DNA of 61,407 bases from a virus (IMGVR_UViG_3300023174_000176:1-61407); one strand, 5' to 3'. Positions 10,981 to 22,045 are shown, counted from the stretch's first letter. Notes: generated from the letters alone by a model not told the origin. Numbers and translations: made by a program.

Positions 10981-13470
10981 ATGGCACAACCAATTTGGAA
11001 TACTCCAGCTGGCTCTATTGGAACATTCCCTGCTACTATATCAGCAGTAAGTCAATTATCGGCTTCCGCAGTATTGCCGGCAACAACAGTAACATACTTG
11101 CTAATTAGTGGTTCATTTCCACCAGGCATAGCGATGAATAGTGCTGGTTTAATAAGCGGTACCCCTAATTTAGTAACAGCAGATACTGTAAGTACATTTA
11201 CAATTAGAGCAACTGATAATTTATCTAATATACGTGATAGAACTTTTTCAATGCAAATTTCAGGAGTTGCTATACCTGAATTAACTACTCCAGCTGGTAG
11301 CATTTTAACTACACTTGATAGTGTTTGGGTAGAATTACCTATAACATATTCAAATCCTGATAGTACTAATGAAGTGATAATTGAACTACAAGAAGGCGCA
11401 TTACCTCCTGGATTAGAAATTAATGAAGCCGGTGTAATTAGAGGTTATGCAAATCCTCCTTTAGTTAATGTAACATTGAATGAAGTAGAAACTGTAGGAA
11501 GTATAACTGATAGCACAACTGATTTAATAACATGCACTAGTACAACCCAGTTTACAGTAGGTCGCCCAGTTGTTTTTACAAATACTGCTTTTGGTGGAAT
11601 AAATGAAGGGACTACCTATTATATAAAATCTATTAATAGCAATACTACATTTAGTATATCTATTACACAAAATGGTTCAACCTTTCCATTAACATCTAGT
11701 ACTGGCACAATGTTGATAACACTACCAGCTGTTTCTTCAGGTCAACCTACAATACGAACATATTCTTTTTTACTAAGATTAGTTAGTAGATTAGGTGGAG
11801 ATACAGCATTATATACTATTACTGTTAAAAATCAAAATGTTCCTTATAGTCAAGGAGGCCCGGGAACTGGTAATTTACCTAATACCCGCATACCTACAAT
11901 TCTTAATACTAGGCCGTTAACATACAATATTGATAATGATCCTTATTATGGTTATTATATATTACCACCGGTTAGTCCTTCAATAAATGCTACTATAGGT
12001 ACTATTAAAAGTGGAGAATATTTCTCATTTAAAATAATTGGTTATGATTTTGATGGTAATGATTTGACATATAGTTATATTAACTTACCTATAGGTTTAA
12101 CTGGTAATACAGCAACCGGATGGATTACTGGTACGCCTACACTAAATTCTATTGGATTAAGCACATATGCATTTAGTGTAAATGTATATAAAACTAATTC
12201 TCCCAGTATAGTGACTGCAAATTTTAACTTTACTTATAATTTAAGTAAGGAAATAACCGATAATATAGTTTGGATTAGTGATAGTGATTTGGGAACTATA
12301 TTTAACGGAACTATAAGTACTTTAAGTGTAAGAGCAGTAGCAGATACACAATTATCATATAGAATTGTTAGTGGTAGTTTACCACCTAATTTATTATTAT
12401 TATCTAATGGTGAAATAACAGGACGAGTAGCGGATCAACCAACTAACACACTATTACCTCAAAATGCTGAAACTACATTTACGTTTACTGTACAAGCATA
12501 TGCACCTTTATATCCGGTCGTACAATTATCAAAAGCATTTACTGTTACTGTATTACAAGAATTTGACCAACCTACTGATACTCTTTACATTAAGGCAGCA
12601 CTTAGTATTGAAGATAGACTTATTATTAATACCTTATTGACAGATACAAGATTAATCCCTGATGCAATGTTATATAGGCCCAATGACATTTATTTTGGTA
12701 AAGCAACTAGTGTAATATATGAACATGCTTACGGAATATATGCTAGTGGGATAGATGATTATTTAGCCGCAGTAACTCAAAATCATTATTGGAGAAATAT
12801 TACTTTAGGTGAATTAAAAACTGCTGTAGCAAAAAATAGTGATGGCGAAATCATATATGAAGTAGTATATAGTGAGGTTATTGATAATTTGGTTAATCCA
12901 GAAGGCATAAGTATACCACAAAGTATATATTGGCCAAGACCAATTGATTTGGGATTAGGCCCTTGGTATACAAGTATTACTGACATATATACTAGCTATG
13001 CAACAGTATTAGGACAACAATATTATACAAGTTTAACACCAGGATATGCTAGAACATTATATCCAAACAGTCTATACAATATGCGTAATCGTGTAGCACA
13101 AGTTATTGGTCAAGAATATGATAGTAGATTATTACCATTATGGATGACAAGCCAACAGGAAAATGGTGGTACATTAGGTTATACTCAAGCATGGGTTATA
13201 TGTTATGCAAAACCAGGATTTGCAAATGCTATAAAAGCTAATATAGAAGGTAATACTATTATTTGGCCATATACATTAAATCAAATTAACTTTAGAATTG
13301 ATAGATTTAGCGTAGATAAGAGTGAGACATATGATTATGATAACAACTTAAATCCACCTGCTTGGACAGAATTACCGAGTGCTACTCCGGTACCAAATCC
13401 ATTAGATAGTAAAGATTTTTATGTATTATTCCCTCGTGAAACAATTTTACCAGACCAATCACAATACTAA
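10981..13470 (+). CDS. Virion structural/baseplate protein with Ig-like repeats
   Basis: Repeated G(S/A)LPPGL...G.I.G(T)P motifs typical of putative Ig domains; lies in the tail module. Confidence 0.65.
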   Translation: MAQPIWNTPAGSIGTFPATISAVSQLSASAVLPATTVTYLLISGSFPPGIAMNSAGLISGTPNLVTADTVSTFTIRATDNLSNIRDRTFSMQISGVAIPELTTPAGSILTTLDSVWVELPITYSNPDSTNEVIIELQEGALPPGLEINEAGVIRGYANPPLVNVTLNEVETVGSITDSTTDLITCTSTTQFTVGRPVVFTNTAFGGINEGTTYYIKSINSNTTFSISITQNGSTFPLTSSTGTMLITLPAVSSGQPTIRTYSFLLRLVSRLGGDTALYTITVKNQNVPYSQGGPGTGNLPNTRIPTILNTRPLTYNIDNDPYYGYYILPPVSPSINATIGTIKSGEYFSFKIIGYDFDGNDLTYSYINLPIGLTGNTATGWITGTPTLNSIGLSTYAFSVNVYKTNSPSIVTANFNFTYNLSKEITDNIVWISDSDLGTIFNGTISTLSVRAVADTQLSYRIVSGSLPPNLLLLSNGEITGRVADQPTNTLLPQNAETTFTFTVQAYAPLYPVVQLSKAFTVTVLQEFDQPTDTLYIKAALSIEDRLIINTLLTDTRLIPDAMLYRPNDIYFGKATSVIYEHAYGIYASGIDDYLAAVTQNHYWRNITLGELKTAVAKNSDGEIIYEVVYSEVIDNLVNPEGISIPQSIYWPRPIDLGLGPWYTSITDIYTSYATVLGQQYYTSLTPGYARTLYPNSLYNMRNRVAQVIGQEYDSRLLPLWMTSQQENGGTLGYTQAWVICYAKPGFANAIKANIEGNTIIWPYTLNQINFRIDRFSVDKSETYDYDNNLNPPAWTELPSATPVPNPLDSKDFYVLFPRETILPDQSQY

Positions 13471-13493
13471 ATATATAACGGAACAGAAAGAAT

Positions 13494-14888
13494 ATGAGCA
13501 CAATTAACACAAACGGAATTAACGTAAATTATCCTGTACCCGGGGTCAACAATAATAGTCAAGGTTTTAGAGATAACTTTGCGGCAATTAAAACTAACTT
13601 GAATACAGCTGGTACTGAAATTACAGACCTACAAAATAAAGTAGTTGTTAAATCAGCATTGGCAAATTCTACTGTAAACAATGATATGGCTAATACTCTT
13701 ATTAGTAATGCATTAACACGTAGTTTCCGTGCTAGTACATACAATTTGGGTAACGCATTGTCTGGTGTAGTAGCAGTAAATGTATCATTAGGTGATGTTC
13801 AATATGGTACTATTGCAGGTAATACAACTATTCAATTTACTGGTTGGGCCCCTACTGGTACACAAAGTAATGTACAATTACAATTAGCTGTTGCTAATAC
13901 TAATGCAGGAAAACAAGCAGTAATCTCATTACCTAGTCAAGTTACCAATGGTGTAACATCATTGGAAAATTATGCAAATATTGCAAATACTAATACAGTT
14001 TCTATCCCATATGGAGTAACAGAATTAGATTACAGATTCAGCACATTAGATTGCGGAAATACAATTACAGTAGAGCCCTTCAATAATAATAGAATTGCAT
14101 CACAGGTTCAACAACGTACTCCTGCCCCAACTGGTTTTCAAGGTGATGTTGCCGGTGATATAGCAGTAGATGCGAACTATGCATATGTATGTACTGGATC
14201 ATTTAATTCAACTGCTGTAGTTAAATCTGTTACTGCAACTTACGCTGGTAATTTAATAAATTGTGGCTCTGTTACAAGTTTAGTAACAAATGCACCAATA
14301 GTATTTACCGGAAATACTTGGGGTAACATTGTTGCTAATACTGTTTATTATATTAAATCAATACCAGACTCTGCTAATATAACAATTTCTCAAACTGGAT
14401 TTAATGGTATAGCAGGTCCAGCATTCTCTGTATCAGCGGGTACCGGCACAATAGTAGCAACTAGCTATAACGGGACAGCTATATGGAAAACTATTGCCCT
14501 AACTGGAGCAAATTCTAACCAAACTATTAATGGTAACTTAACTATTGGTGGTTTCCTAGCAGTTAGTTGTAATGATAGTATCACAGCGGCAGGTACATTA
14601 CAATCAGATGCGACTCTGATAACAAATAATATTAACATAGTACAAACAGCACCAACTAATTCGGGTGTTAAATTGCCTATCGCTGTAGCAGGATATAGAA
14701 TAATTATTAGAAATAATTCAGCTAATACAATTCAAGTTTACCCAAATACAGATGCTAATATTAATAGTGGTTCTAATAATACAGCCGTATCGTTACCTAC
14801 TTTGGCGGCAATAGAATATTTTTGCTCAACTAGTGCTACAAGTAATTTAGGTGGACGCTGGTATACATTAAATTCATCATACGCATAA
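13494..14888 (+). CDS. Virion structural protein
   Basis: N-terminal YPVPGVNNNSQGFRDNF plus short coiled coil. Shares a PIVFT...YYIKSI module with the upstream gene. Confidence 0.6.
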   Translation: MSTINTNGINVNYPVPGVNNNSQGFRDNFAAIKTNLNTAGTEITDLQNKVVVKSALANSTVNNDMANTLISNALTRSFRASTYNLGNALSGVVAVNVSLGDVQYGTIAGNTTIQFTGWAPTGTQSNVQLQLAVANTNAGKQAVISLPSQVTNGVTSLENYANIANTNTVSIPYGVTELDYRFSTLDCGNTITVEPFNNNRIASQVQQRTPAPTGFQGDVAGDIAVDANYAYVCTGSFNSTAVVKSVTATYAGNLINCGSVTSLVTNAPIVFTGNTWGNIVANTVYYIKSIPDSANITISQTGFNGIAGPAFSVSAGTGTIVATSYNGTAIWKTIALTGANSNQTINGNLTIGGFLAVSCNDSITAAGTLQSDATLITNNINIVQTAPTNSGVKLPIAVAGYRIIIRNNSANTIQVYPNTDANINSGSNNTAVSLPTLAAIEYFCSTSATSNLGGRWYTLNSSYA

Positions 14889-14923
14889 AAATATTGATGG
14901 ATATATATCTGATAAATATTTGA

Positions 14924-15157
14924 ATGGAACACCCATTCATTTCATCACTATCTGACAAAACTCTTGAGGAGTTGCAGACTGTCATTTCCGAATTAACTAA
15001 AAAACTAAACTTTGCATATCGTATGCAAAATGGTGCCATGATTAATCAATTGAATATGGTTATGGCTAGTTATAAAGCTGAATATGGTCGCAAAATGGAT
15101 GAAATTCTTAAAAAACAGAGTGACCGAACTCAAATCAATATTCAAAAAGAAAGTTAA
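14924..15157 (+). CDS. Hypothetical helical protein
   Basis: 77 aa ORF after GATAAATA at 14911. Confidence 0.6.
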   Translation: MEHPFISSLSDKTLEELQTVISELTKKLNFAYRMQNGAMINQLNMVMASYKAEYGRKMDEILKKQSDRTQINIQKES

Positions 15158-15159
15158 AA

Positions 15160-15762
15160 TTGACTACACGAATAGAACGAGAATTTTCATTTCAAGCTGG
15201 CGTTTATTTTAAAGAAGAATTTTTAATGAACGTATATACAATTTCACTGTTTATGGAAGTTGAAACAGAATCCATAAGAGAACAAAACGTAGCAATGGAA
15301 AGAATTAAGTATTTTCTTAATGATTGTTTAGAGAATAGCATTTTTGTACAAAATACAGAACATAAAATTATTGAAAAATATACTTCATGTGGGTTTAAAG
15401 TTTGTACTGTACCAGAAGAACCATATGATCAAATAATAACATTATTATTGTTAACAAAGCTTAATAGTATTACTGAAGGAAGATTGATTATAACTGATAT
15501 TACATTAGGGTCACGTATGAGTGATCAGGTAAAATTTATATCTGATATTGAAAGCCCACGTGGGCCTTTAGAAATGCCTGGATGGTGGATGGATGCTAGT
15601 ACATCTATATCTGATCCAATTAAAGCAACAGTTAAAAAAGATAAAATTGTTAAATTATTTAAAGTCCCAACAACAGATTGGGCAGAATATAATCTGATTT
15701 GGAAAGACAAAGATACTGTTTCCAAAAGTGAAATAGTTTTTACCACTGAACAGGAAAAATAA
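15160..15762 (+). CDS. Hypothetical protein
   Basis: 200 aa ORF, TTG start 2 nt after the previous stop. Confidence 0.6.
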   Translation: MTTRIEREFSFQAGVYFKEEFLMNVYTISLFMEVETESIREQNVAMERIKYFLNDCLENSIFVQNTEHKIIEKYTSCGFKVCTVPEEPYDQIITLLLLTKLNSITEGRLIITDITLGSRMSDQVKFISDIESPRGPLEMPGWWMDASTSISDPIKATVKKDKIVKLFKVPTTDWAEYNLIWKDKDTVSKSEIVFTTEQEK

Positions 15763-15775
15763 GTATCCAAATCTA

Positions 15776-15804
15776 TTGTATTTTAGTTAGACAACTGCTA
15801 TAAT
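15776..15804 (+). promoter_or_regulatory. Sigma70-type promoter
   Basis: TTGTAT-17 nt-TATAAT with TG extended -10. Confidence 0.7.
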
Positions 15805-15810
15805 ACAACA

Positions 15811-16317
15811 ATGAAAACAGATTTGTATGGTCAATTAATATTCAATCAGAATGATTTATGTGAATTATTTTTACAAGATCCTACTCGTACAATAACTAAT
15901 GCATTAGTAGATACTAGTATTGAATTTAATGGGTTTCTTTCATTAGAAAACACACCCAAACTGACACAATATCAAGACCCTAATCTTTTAGTAGAAGAAT
16001 TTGATAGAATAAACCAATCATCATGGCACATGCCCAAAGAATACTATGAACTAGATATTGCTAAATGGGTATTAGATCAATGCAAAACTGAAGCAGAATT
16101 ACAACGTGCAGGTGATGAACTAATTAAATTCCAAGAACGTAATATGTTTGTATTATTACAATATTTAAAATACTTAGTTGATACAATGCGTAAGAATAAG
16201 ATAGTATGGGGTGTAGGACGCGGCAGTAGTGTAGCAAGTTTTGTATTGTTTTTGATAGGAATACACCGTATAAATAGTTTATATTACCAATTAGATATTG
16301 GTGAGTTTTTAAAATAA
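15811..16317 (+). CDS. Stand-alone fragment of DNA polymerase III alpha (DnaE) catalytic region
   Basis: YLKYLVDTMRKNKIVWGVGRGSSVASFVLFLIGI matches the DnaE G.GRGS..gS motif; only 168 aa. Confidence 0.75.
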   Translation: MKTDLYGQLIFNQNDLCELFLQDPTRTITNALVDTSIEFNGFLSLENTPKLTQYQDPNLLVEEFDRINQSSWHMPKEYYELDIAKWVLDQCKTEAELQRAGDELIKFQERNMFVLLQYLKYLVDTMRKNKIVWGVGRGSSVASFVLFLIGIHRINSLYYQLDIGEFLK

Positions 16318-16327
16318 GGAAAATACT

Positions 16328-16678
16328 ATGGCTAATTATAGAACAGCAATGGGCAAAACTGTTGATATGGCAGCATTAACTGCTAAAAATGAAAAAACTA
16401 GGGCAGTGGGCAATATGAAAGTTAATGCACGAGGTGACACAATTGATGCACACGGTCGTGTTATTAAAACAGCTACAACTAAAGTTAATGATTCTTACAA
16501 TAGAACTGTAGGAAATCGTTCTGCACAGCCAGTACGTAACAAACCAAATACTTCTACACCTCCAAAGCCAACAATTGACTTGAGTGAATTGAATGAAATT
16601 GAACGTGAAATAGAAGAAAATTTAGGAGATGAACTTGAAATTGAAAAAATTAAATTACAGGAACTTAAAAAGAAATGA
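16328..16678 (+). CDS. Hypothetical protein
   Basis: 116 aa, AAGGA RBS. Confidence 0.65.
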   Translation: MANYRTAMGKTVDMAALTAKNEKTRAVGNMKVNARGDTIDAHGRVIKTATTKVNDSYNRTVGNRSAQPVRNKPNTSTPPKPTIDLSELNEIEREIEENLGDELEIEKIKLQELKKK

Positions 16679-17052
16679 ACCAATACAGTAAACCGGCATT
16701 TAGCCCAACTAAAGTAGATTCAATGAGATTCTTTAAGAATCATGTTATTGTATCTGAAATGCATTTTGATGAACGTATCAGTAAAGGCGGTATCATTATA
16801 CCTGATGACGATAAGAAAAGTTCGGGCATTCGTCCTCGTTGGGCAAAGATTTATGGTTTAGGTCCGGATCAAGATGATCCTCAATTAGAGATTGGTAAAT
16901 ATATTCTTATCAGTCACGGTCGTTGGACAAGGGGTATTACAGTTGAAACACCTTCGGGTAAACAAACATTGCGTAAAGTTGATTATAATGATATACTCTT
17001 AGTATCGGATGAGCCGATGGAAGATGAAACAATGGGTGATAAGGTATATTAA
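16675..17052 (+). CDS. groES: Co-chaperonin GroES-like protein
   Basis: Mobile-loop motif ISKGGIIIPD, GLGP and terminal NDILLV. Confidence 0.75.
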   Translation: MNQYSKPAFSPTKVDSMRFFKNHVIVSEMHFDERISKGGIIIPDDDKKSSGIRPRWAKIYGLGPDQDDPQLEIGKYILISHGRWTRGITVETPSGKQTLRKVDYNDILLVSDEPMEDETMGDKVY

Positions 17053-17053
17053 A

Positions 17054-17551
17054 ATGGCAATTTGGACAATTAGAACACACTATAAAAAATCTTGTGAACA
17101 ACGAGAATTATTCGTTCAGCGTAAAGGTGATGGAAAAATTACAGTCACAGATGGATTTCGTAGATGCGAATATACAATTGAAACTAATGATGATGAGTTT
17201 CCTGATATTCAATTTAGTGAGATGCCCAATGGGGACGGTAAGAAAGACAGCATTGACTTAAACAGTTTGATCGGTGATAACATTGAAAGTACTGAGCTTG
17301 TTGAAATGTTTGACGGTGGTTGCTGGGGAGAGGTTGAGTTTGAAGGTCTTACCCTAGAACAAGAAGAAGAACTAGAAGAATTCATCAATGAAAACGGCAC
17401 ATACGCACTAGAAGATGAAGGTGATTGGTACTTAGAAGATACCGAAGTTTGGGTATGGGGACCATTAGAAGTAGAAGATGAAGATGGTAATGTACGTATT
17501 ATCATTGCTGATAATGATGGTAATGTTATTGATTTTGTTGAGGAAGAATAA
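17054..17551 (+). CDS. Hypothetical acidic protein
   Basis: Start moved to ATG 17054 (MAIWTIR), directly after the groES stop. Confidence 0.6.
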   Translation: MAIWTIRTHYKKSCEQRELFVQRKGDGKITVTDGFRRCEYTIETNDDEFPDIQFSEMPNGDGKKDSIDLNSLIGDNIESTELVEMFDGGCWGEVEFEGLTLEQEEELEEFINENGTYALEDEGDWYLEDTEVWVWGPLEVEDEDGNVRIIIADNDGNVIDFVEEE

Positions 17552-17844
17552 TGAGAAATTGGCTAAGACAAAAACTACAAAACTTTTTGTATCCAATGGA
17601 TAATGATTGTGTAGTAGAAACAAAATCTGCTAGAAGAGGTGCTCTTGTTAGTCGTGGTTCACATCTTGACAGTAGAGGAATGAGTTTTACTATTCATATG
17701 GCTAATGGAGGTTATGTATTAGAATACTCATCTTATGATGAAAAAACTGATAGACACAATCACAACTTACATATCATCACATCTGACCAAGATATGGGTC
17801 AAGGTATCGCACATATTATCACACTGGAACTTTTGCGTAAATGA
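17551..17844 (+). CDS. Hypothetical protein
   Basis: 97 aa, TAATG-coupled to the previous gene. Confidence 0.6.
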   Translation: MRNWLRQKLQNFLYPMDNDCVVETKSARRGALVSRGSHLDSRGMSFTIHMANGGYVLEYSSYDEKTDRHNHNLHIITSDQDMGQGIAHIITLELLRK

Positions 17845-17913
17845 TAAATAAGAGTGTAGTTCACGGAACGGGAATTCCCAACTACTCTAATGCTATGGAG
17901 AGCAATCAGCATG
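17843..17913 (+). promoter_or_regulatory. Late promoter plus structured leader of endonuclease gene (copy 1)
   Basis: GATAAATA, then stems GTAGTT/AACTAC, GGAA/TTCC and TGCT/AGCA enclosing the GGAG RBS. Confidence 0.7.
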
Positions 17914-18522
17914 ATTATTTATTCAAAATTAAATCCACCGACGGGTTTCTATGTATACGCATATCTAAGAGAAAACGGCACGCCTTACTATATTGGAAAG
18001 GGGTCTAATCAACGTGCTTGGCGGAAAAGAAAATGCGAAATTCGTCCTCCAAAAAACAAAGATAGAATTATGATATTAGAATCAAACTTAACAGACATTG
18101 GTGCATTGGCGCTTGAGCGTAGAATGATACGATGGTGGGGACGGAAAGATTTAAGTACCGGAATATTGCACAATAGAACTGATGGCGGAGACGGAGCATC
18201 AGGGCAGATTCAGTCAATTGAAACTAGGATTAAACGAAGTCAAACAATGTTGAATCGGGTGCGTACATTAGAACATAGCCTAAACATAAGTTTAGGTAAA
18301 AAAGGAATCCCTCAATCAGTTGAATCTAATTTGAAACGCAGTATAACCCAAAAAGGTCAAAAAAGAGACCCGAAAGCTACTCTTAAAATGAGTATTAGTC
18401 AAACTGGTAAAAACAAATCACCACATATAAGACTAACATGCCCCTATTGTTTAAAAGAAGGTGGTGCATCAGGGATGAAACATTATCATTTTGAAAAGTG
18501 TAAATTTAAGGAAAATAAATGA
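17911..18522 (+). CDS. Free-standing GIY-YIG-type homing endonuclease
   Basis: [39 protein letters not shown]3-like repeats and C-terminal CPYC..H..C. Start placed at MIIYS by alignment with the paralog. Confidence 0.8.
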   Translation: MIIYSKLNPPTGFYVYAYLRENGTPYYIGKGSNQRAWRKRKCEIRPPKNKDRIMILESNLTDIGALALERRMIRWWGRKDLSTGILHNRTDGGDGASGQIQSIETRIKRSQTMLNRVRTLEHSLNISLGKKGIPQSVESNLKRSITQKGQKRDPKATLKMSISQTGKNKSPHIRLTCPYCLKEGGASGMKHYHFEKCKFKENK

Positions 18523-19448
18523 AGAATACATTATGGGTTGAGGCCTACAGACCACAAACAGTAGCAGACTATGTGTTTGTTGATGACCGACAAAAGAATC
18601 AAGTAGAGGGTTGGGTTAAAGATGGTAGCATTCCTCATCTATTACTATCAGGTGATCCGGGTACTGGTAAGACAACTCTTGCTAAAGTATTAATTCACGA
18701 ACTTGATGTAAGTGAATATGATGTATTGGAAATCAATGCATCACGTGAGAATAGTGTAGATGTGGTGCGTAACAAAATTGTTAACTTTGTACAAACGATG
18801 CCTTTTGGTAACTTCAAAGTTGTATTACTTGATGAAGCGGATTATTTAACACCAGCTGGGCAAGCGGCATTACGTAATGATATGGAAGCATATCATATGA
18901 CAGCACGATTTATTTTAACTTGTAACTATCAGCATAGAATCATCCCTGCATTGAAATCACGATGCCATGAGTTTCACATTACAAAAACAGATAAAACAGA
19001 GTTCACTGCGAGAGCGGCAACTGTGTTGGTAAGTGAAAACATTGATTTTAATTTAGATGATTTAGATAGTTATGTACGTGCTACATATCCAGACTTGCGT
19101 AAATGCTTGAATCAATTACAAGTTAATAGCAGTAGTGGTAAATTATTAGCACCTCAAAGTGTAGGTTCAGGTGAAGATGAGTTATTAGTAGAAGCAACTA
19201 ATTTGTTTAAAGCAGGAAAGATCCTTGAAGGTAGACAGCAACTATTACAATATATTGCATTGTATCCTACACGTATTGAAGATACATATGTTTGGATGTA
19301 TCAGAATTTAGATTTATGGGGTAAGTCTAATGAACAACGTGATGCTAGTATTATTGTTATTAGAAATGGTTTAGCAAACTTAAGTATGGTTGGAATTCCC
19401 GAAATATCATTGGCAGCTACATTGATTGAATTGACAGGAGATTTATGA
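18519..19448 (+). CDS. Clamp loader AAA+ subunit (RFC/T4 gp44-like)
   Basis: LWVEAYRP, Walker [20 protein letters not shown] and SRC motifs. Confidence 0.9.
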   Translation: MKNTLWVEAYRPQTVADYVFVDDRQKNQVEGWVKDGSIPHLLLSGDPGTGKTTLAKVLIHELDVSEYDVLEINASRENSVDVVRNKIVNFVQTMPFGNFKVVLLDEADYLTPAGQAALRNDMEAYHMTARFILTCNYQHRIIPALKSRCHEFHITKTDKTEFTARAATVLVSENIDFNLDDLDSYVRATYPDLRKCLNQLQVNSSSGKLLAPQSVGSGEDELLVEATNLFKAGKILEGRQQLLQYIALYPTRIEDTYVWMYQNLDLWGKSNEQRDASIIVIRNGLANLSMVGIPEISLAATLIELTGDL

Positions 19449-19717
19449 GATATTTATTAATTACATTTATGAGAAAGCCTAATGGGCAAATTGATGAACA
19501 AGTTGCAGTAGCAAAGAAAGTTAAGCCTAGTGATTTTCAGACCTGCAATGTCATTTTAGATTATGCAAAGAAAAAAATAGATAAATGCGTAATTGAAGGT
19601 AAAGCGTTAGATAGAGAGTGGGACAAGATGCATGAATATTATGTACGGATTTATCCTAATCTAATTGCACAACTTGAAAAAGAAGCAAGTATTACTGAAA
19701 AAACAAATGGGGCCTAA
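19445..19717 (+). CDS. Hypothetical protein
   Basis: 90 aa, GGAG RBS. Confidence 0.6.
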   Translation: MRYLLITFMRKPNGQIDEQVAVAKKVKPSDFQTCNVILDYAKKKIDKCVIEGKALDREWDKMHEYYVRIYPNLIAQLEKEASITEKTNGA

Positions 19718-19726
19718 GCCCCATTT
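19705..19726. terminator. Bidirectional intrinsic terminator
   Basis: AAATGGGGC-CTAA-GCCCCATTT between convergent genes. Confidence 0.8.
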
Positions 19727-20412
19727 TATTTAATACTTTTACATTTATTACCGTGCCAGCGAGTAAAGTTACCTTTATCTACTTTCTTTTGACAATGTAG
19801 ACAAGTTAAACTAGATTTTAACATTCCTATTTTTATCTTGTTACGTTCTTCTTCGGACCATTTTTTGCCAAACATGTGATGATCCTGACCAAACTTTTTA
19901 CTCTCTTGTTTTTGAGTTTTACCGTACATAGGGTTATTTGATCCATGTTTATCTAACTGATTAACCTTCATCAAATCAATTGATTTTTTAGAATGTTTCT
20001 TACCAAACATACCATTTGCTTGTCCCTGTAGTCTTACACCAAACATGCTATTATTTTCTCCGGAACACCCTTTTTTCTTGCGTGTTTCTATAGAATCGGA
20101 GCTTGAACCTTCACCTCCGTCTGTTTTATTTCTTAATATACCTGTACCTAAATCTTTACGACCATACCAACGAATATATCTACGTTCCATTGCGAATGCC
20201 CATAACTCAGTAAGTCCACAGTGTGTAATGATAATTCGTGTGTGATCCTTAGGTGTATGTACACCTATTATTTTCCCATTGCGATTAATACGATGTTCTT
20301 CCCATGCTCTTCTGCCACTACCTTTTCCGGAATAATATGGGGTACCGTCTTCACGTAGATAAAGATAATGATAGAATCCTGGAGGTGGATTAGATTTGTT
20401 ATAAATAATCAT
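19726..20412 (-). CDS. Free-standing GIY-YIG-type homing endonuclease
   Basis: [32 protein letters not shown]3 N.MFGK repeats and CLHC..H..C tail; paralog of 17911..18522. Confidence 0.8.
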   Translation of the reverse strand: MIIYNKSNPPPGFYHYLYLREDGTPYYSGKGSGRRAWEEHRINRNGKIIGVHTPKDHTRIIITHCGLTELWAFAMERRYIRWYGRKDLGTGILRNKTDGGEGSSSDSIETRKKKGCSGENNSMFGVRLQGQANGMFGKKHSKKSIDLMKVNQLDKHGSNNPMYGKTQKQESKKFGQDHHMFGKKWSEEERNKIKIGMLKSSLTCLHCQKKVDKGNFTRWHGNKCKSIK

Positions 20413-20479
20413 GCTGATTGCTCCTTTTAGCATTAGAGTGAGTGGGCACTGGTAATGCCGCGACTCACATCTATTTATC
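20410..20479 (-). promoter_or_regulatory. Late promoter plus structured leader of endonuclease gene (copy 2)
   Basis: Minus strand: GATAAATA, then stems GTGAGT/ACTCAC, GGCA/TGCC and TGCT/AGCA over the AGGAG RBS. Confidence 0.7.
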
Positions 20480-20483
20480 TTAA

Positions 20484-21266
20484 TTAGTCATACATATTAA
20501 GTATTGGACCAATCAATCTATGACGTTGAACATCTTTTAGTTCAAATGTACATAATTTTATACCAGGAATCACCTCCTTCCCCAACCTATTTTTCAAATC
20601 CATTAGCCCGTTGTCTGCTGTTTTTCTATCTGTTTGTTCTATGTCACCACCTATAACAATTTTACTGCCTACGCCGATTCTGGTCATAATCATTTTGAGT
20701 TGACCCGGGGTTGCGTTTTGTGCTTCGTCTAATACTACCCAACTATGTTTGAAATTTCGTCCTCGACAAAATGCTAGAGGTGCTATTTCCACTATCTGTT
20801 CTTCTAGCATGTGGGCTATTTCCTTTGTGGTGTAGTACTCACGCAGAACGTCTAATAATGGTCTAGTCCATGGTTCCATCTTTTGATTGATATCTCCTGG
20901 TAAAAAACCGTGTTGTTCATCATCAACACCTACTGCTGGTCTAGATAATATGATTCTTTCACATTCACCATTACGCATAGCTTTTATGGCTGCAAGCATA
21001 GCTAAGTAAGTTTTACCAGTACCCGCAGGACCTGTGACTACGACAATATCTGTCTGCTCGTCCAGTAGTGCGAGGATATAATTTTCTTGGTTAACTGACT
21101 TGGGGATAAGTTGAACGGGCTTTTTATTGACCCGCATTTCCCTTTGTGCTTGTGCGAAATCTATCGTTTTTGATTCATGTGTGTAAAAAGTTTGATTATC
21201 TTGTTTTTTATTGTGTGAAAACCGTGTGTCTTGTGTACGTAATGCGCTAGTTTTTCTTTTGCTCAA
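20484..21266 (-). CDS. phoH: PhoH-family ATPase
   Basis: [34 protein letters not shown] and MTRIG. TTG at 21266 follows an AAGGAG RBS. Confidence 0.9.
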   Translation of the reverse strand: MSKRKTSALRTQDTRFSHNKKQDNQTFYTHESKTIDFAQAQREMRVNKKPVQLIPKSVNQENYILALLDEQTDIVVVTGPAGTGKTYLAMLAAIKAMRNGECERIILSRPAVGVDDEQHGFLPGDINQKMEPWTRPLLDVLREYYTTKEIAHMLEEQIVEIAPLAFCRGRNFKHSWVVLDEAQNATPGQLKMIMTRIGVGSKIVIGGDIEQTDRKTADNGLMDLKNRLGKEVIPGIKLCTFELKDVQRHRLIGPILNMYD

Positions 21267-21436
21267 GTTAATTCTCCTTTGTAGAGCGTGAGTTCTCATA
21301 ACACTCAAGACTATTTACGGTCAATATATACCATCATAGTAGCATACTTATTGTGTAGTAACCTAGCATAAATATTAGGCTACGGTATAAATTATTGTTA
21401 TTTGATGTATTCAAACTACAAAAGATAAATATATAT

Positions 21437-22045
21437 ATGAAAACCGCAGACGAATTTTTTGACAACGTTGATTATGTAAGCATAATTGACACCGTAAAAG
21501 GTATATTTACCAGCGACGGATCAATGTCCGTTCTACTAGACTATGAGCGAGTTCTAGATGAAGCCGACTTATATGCATTTAAAAACTGGGAATTGGGCGA
21601 ATTAGTTCAGGGACCTGACGTTAAACGCTATACAGTAGCATGTATATTCATGTATCCCTATAAACTAATGCCTGACCCACGTGGTGCTAAACGTTTGGCT
21701 AGTGTGGGATGTAAAATCAAGTTTAAAAAAACTAAGATTAAAGTTCCTGTAGCTGTTGAAAATCCAGATGATTATATCCCTGGTACAAGATATCCAAAGA
21801 CTGCTATGCGTGAAGTATGGTTAGTTTACATAGAAATGCCTAAAGAATTGATGGATGATATACGTGAAGGTTCTATTGACTTAGCTGGTCAGAATATTGA
21901 CTTGAATGAGTTAGATGATGCTTATGATGACGATTTAGATAAAGAAGATACCGGTGAAGAGGACGATCAACAACAAGATATGATGGATCAAACCGGTACT
22001 GCAGCTCCTAGCATGGGAATGCCTCCTCCATTACCGGCAATGTAA
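21437..22045 (+). CDS. Hypothetical late protein
   Basis: ATG at 21437 after GATAAATA at 21424; acidic tail. Confidence 0.6.
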   Translation: MKTADEFFDNVDYVSIIDTVKGIFTSDGSMSVLLDYERVLDEADLYAFKNWELGELVQGPDVKRYTVACIFMYPYKLMPDPRGAKRLASVGCKIKFKKTKIKVPVAVENPDDYIPGTRYPKTAMREVWLVYIEMPKELMDDIREGSIDLAGQNIDLNELDDAYDDDLDKEDTGEEDDQQQDMMDQTGTAAPSMGMPPPLPAM

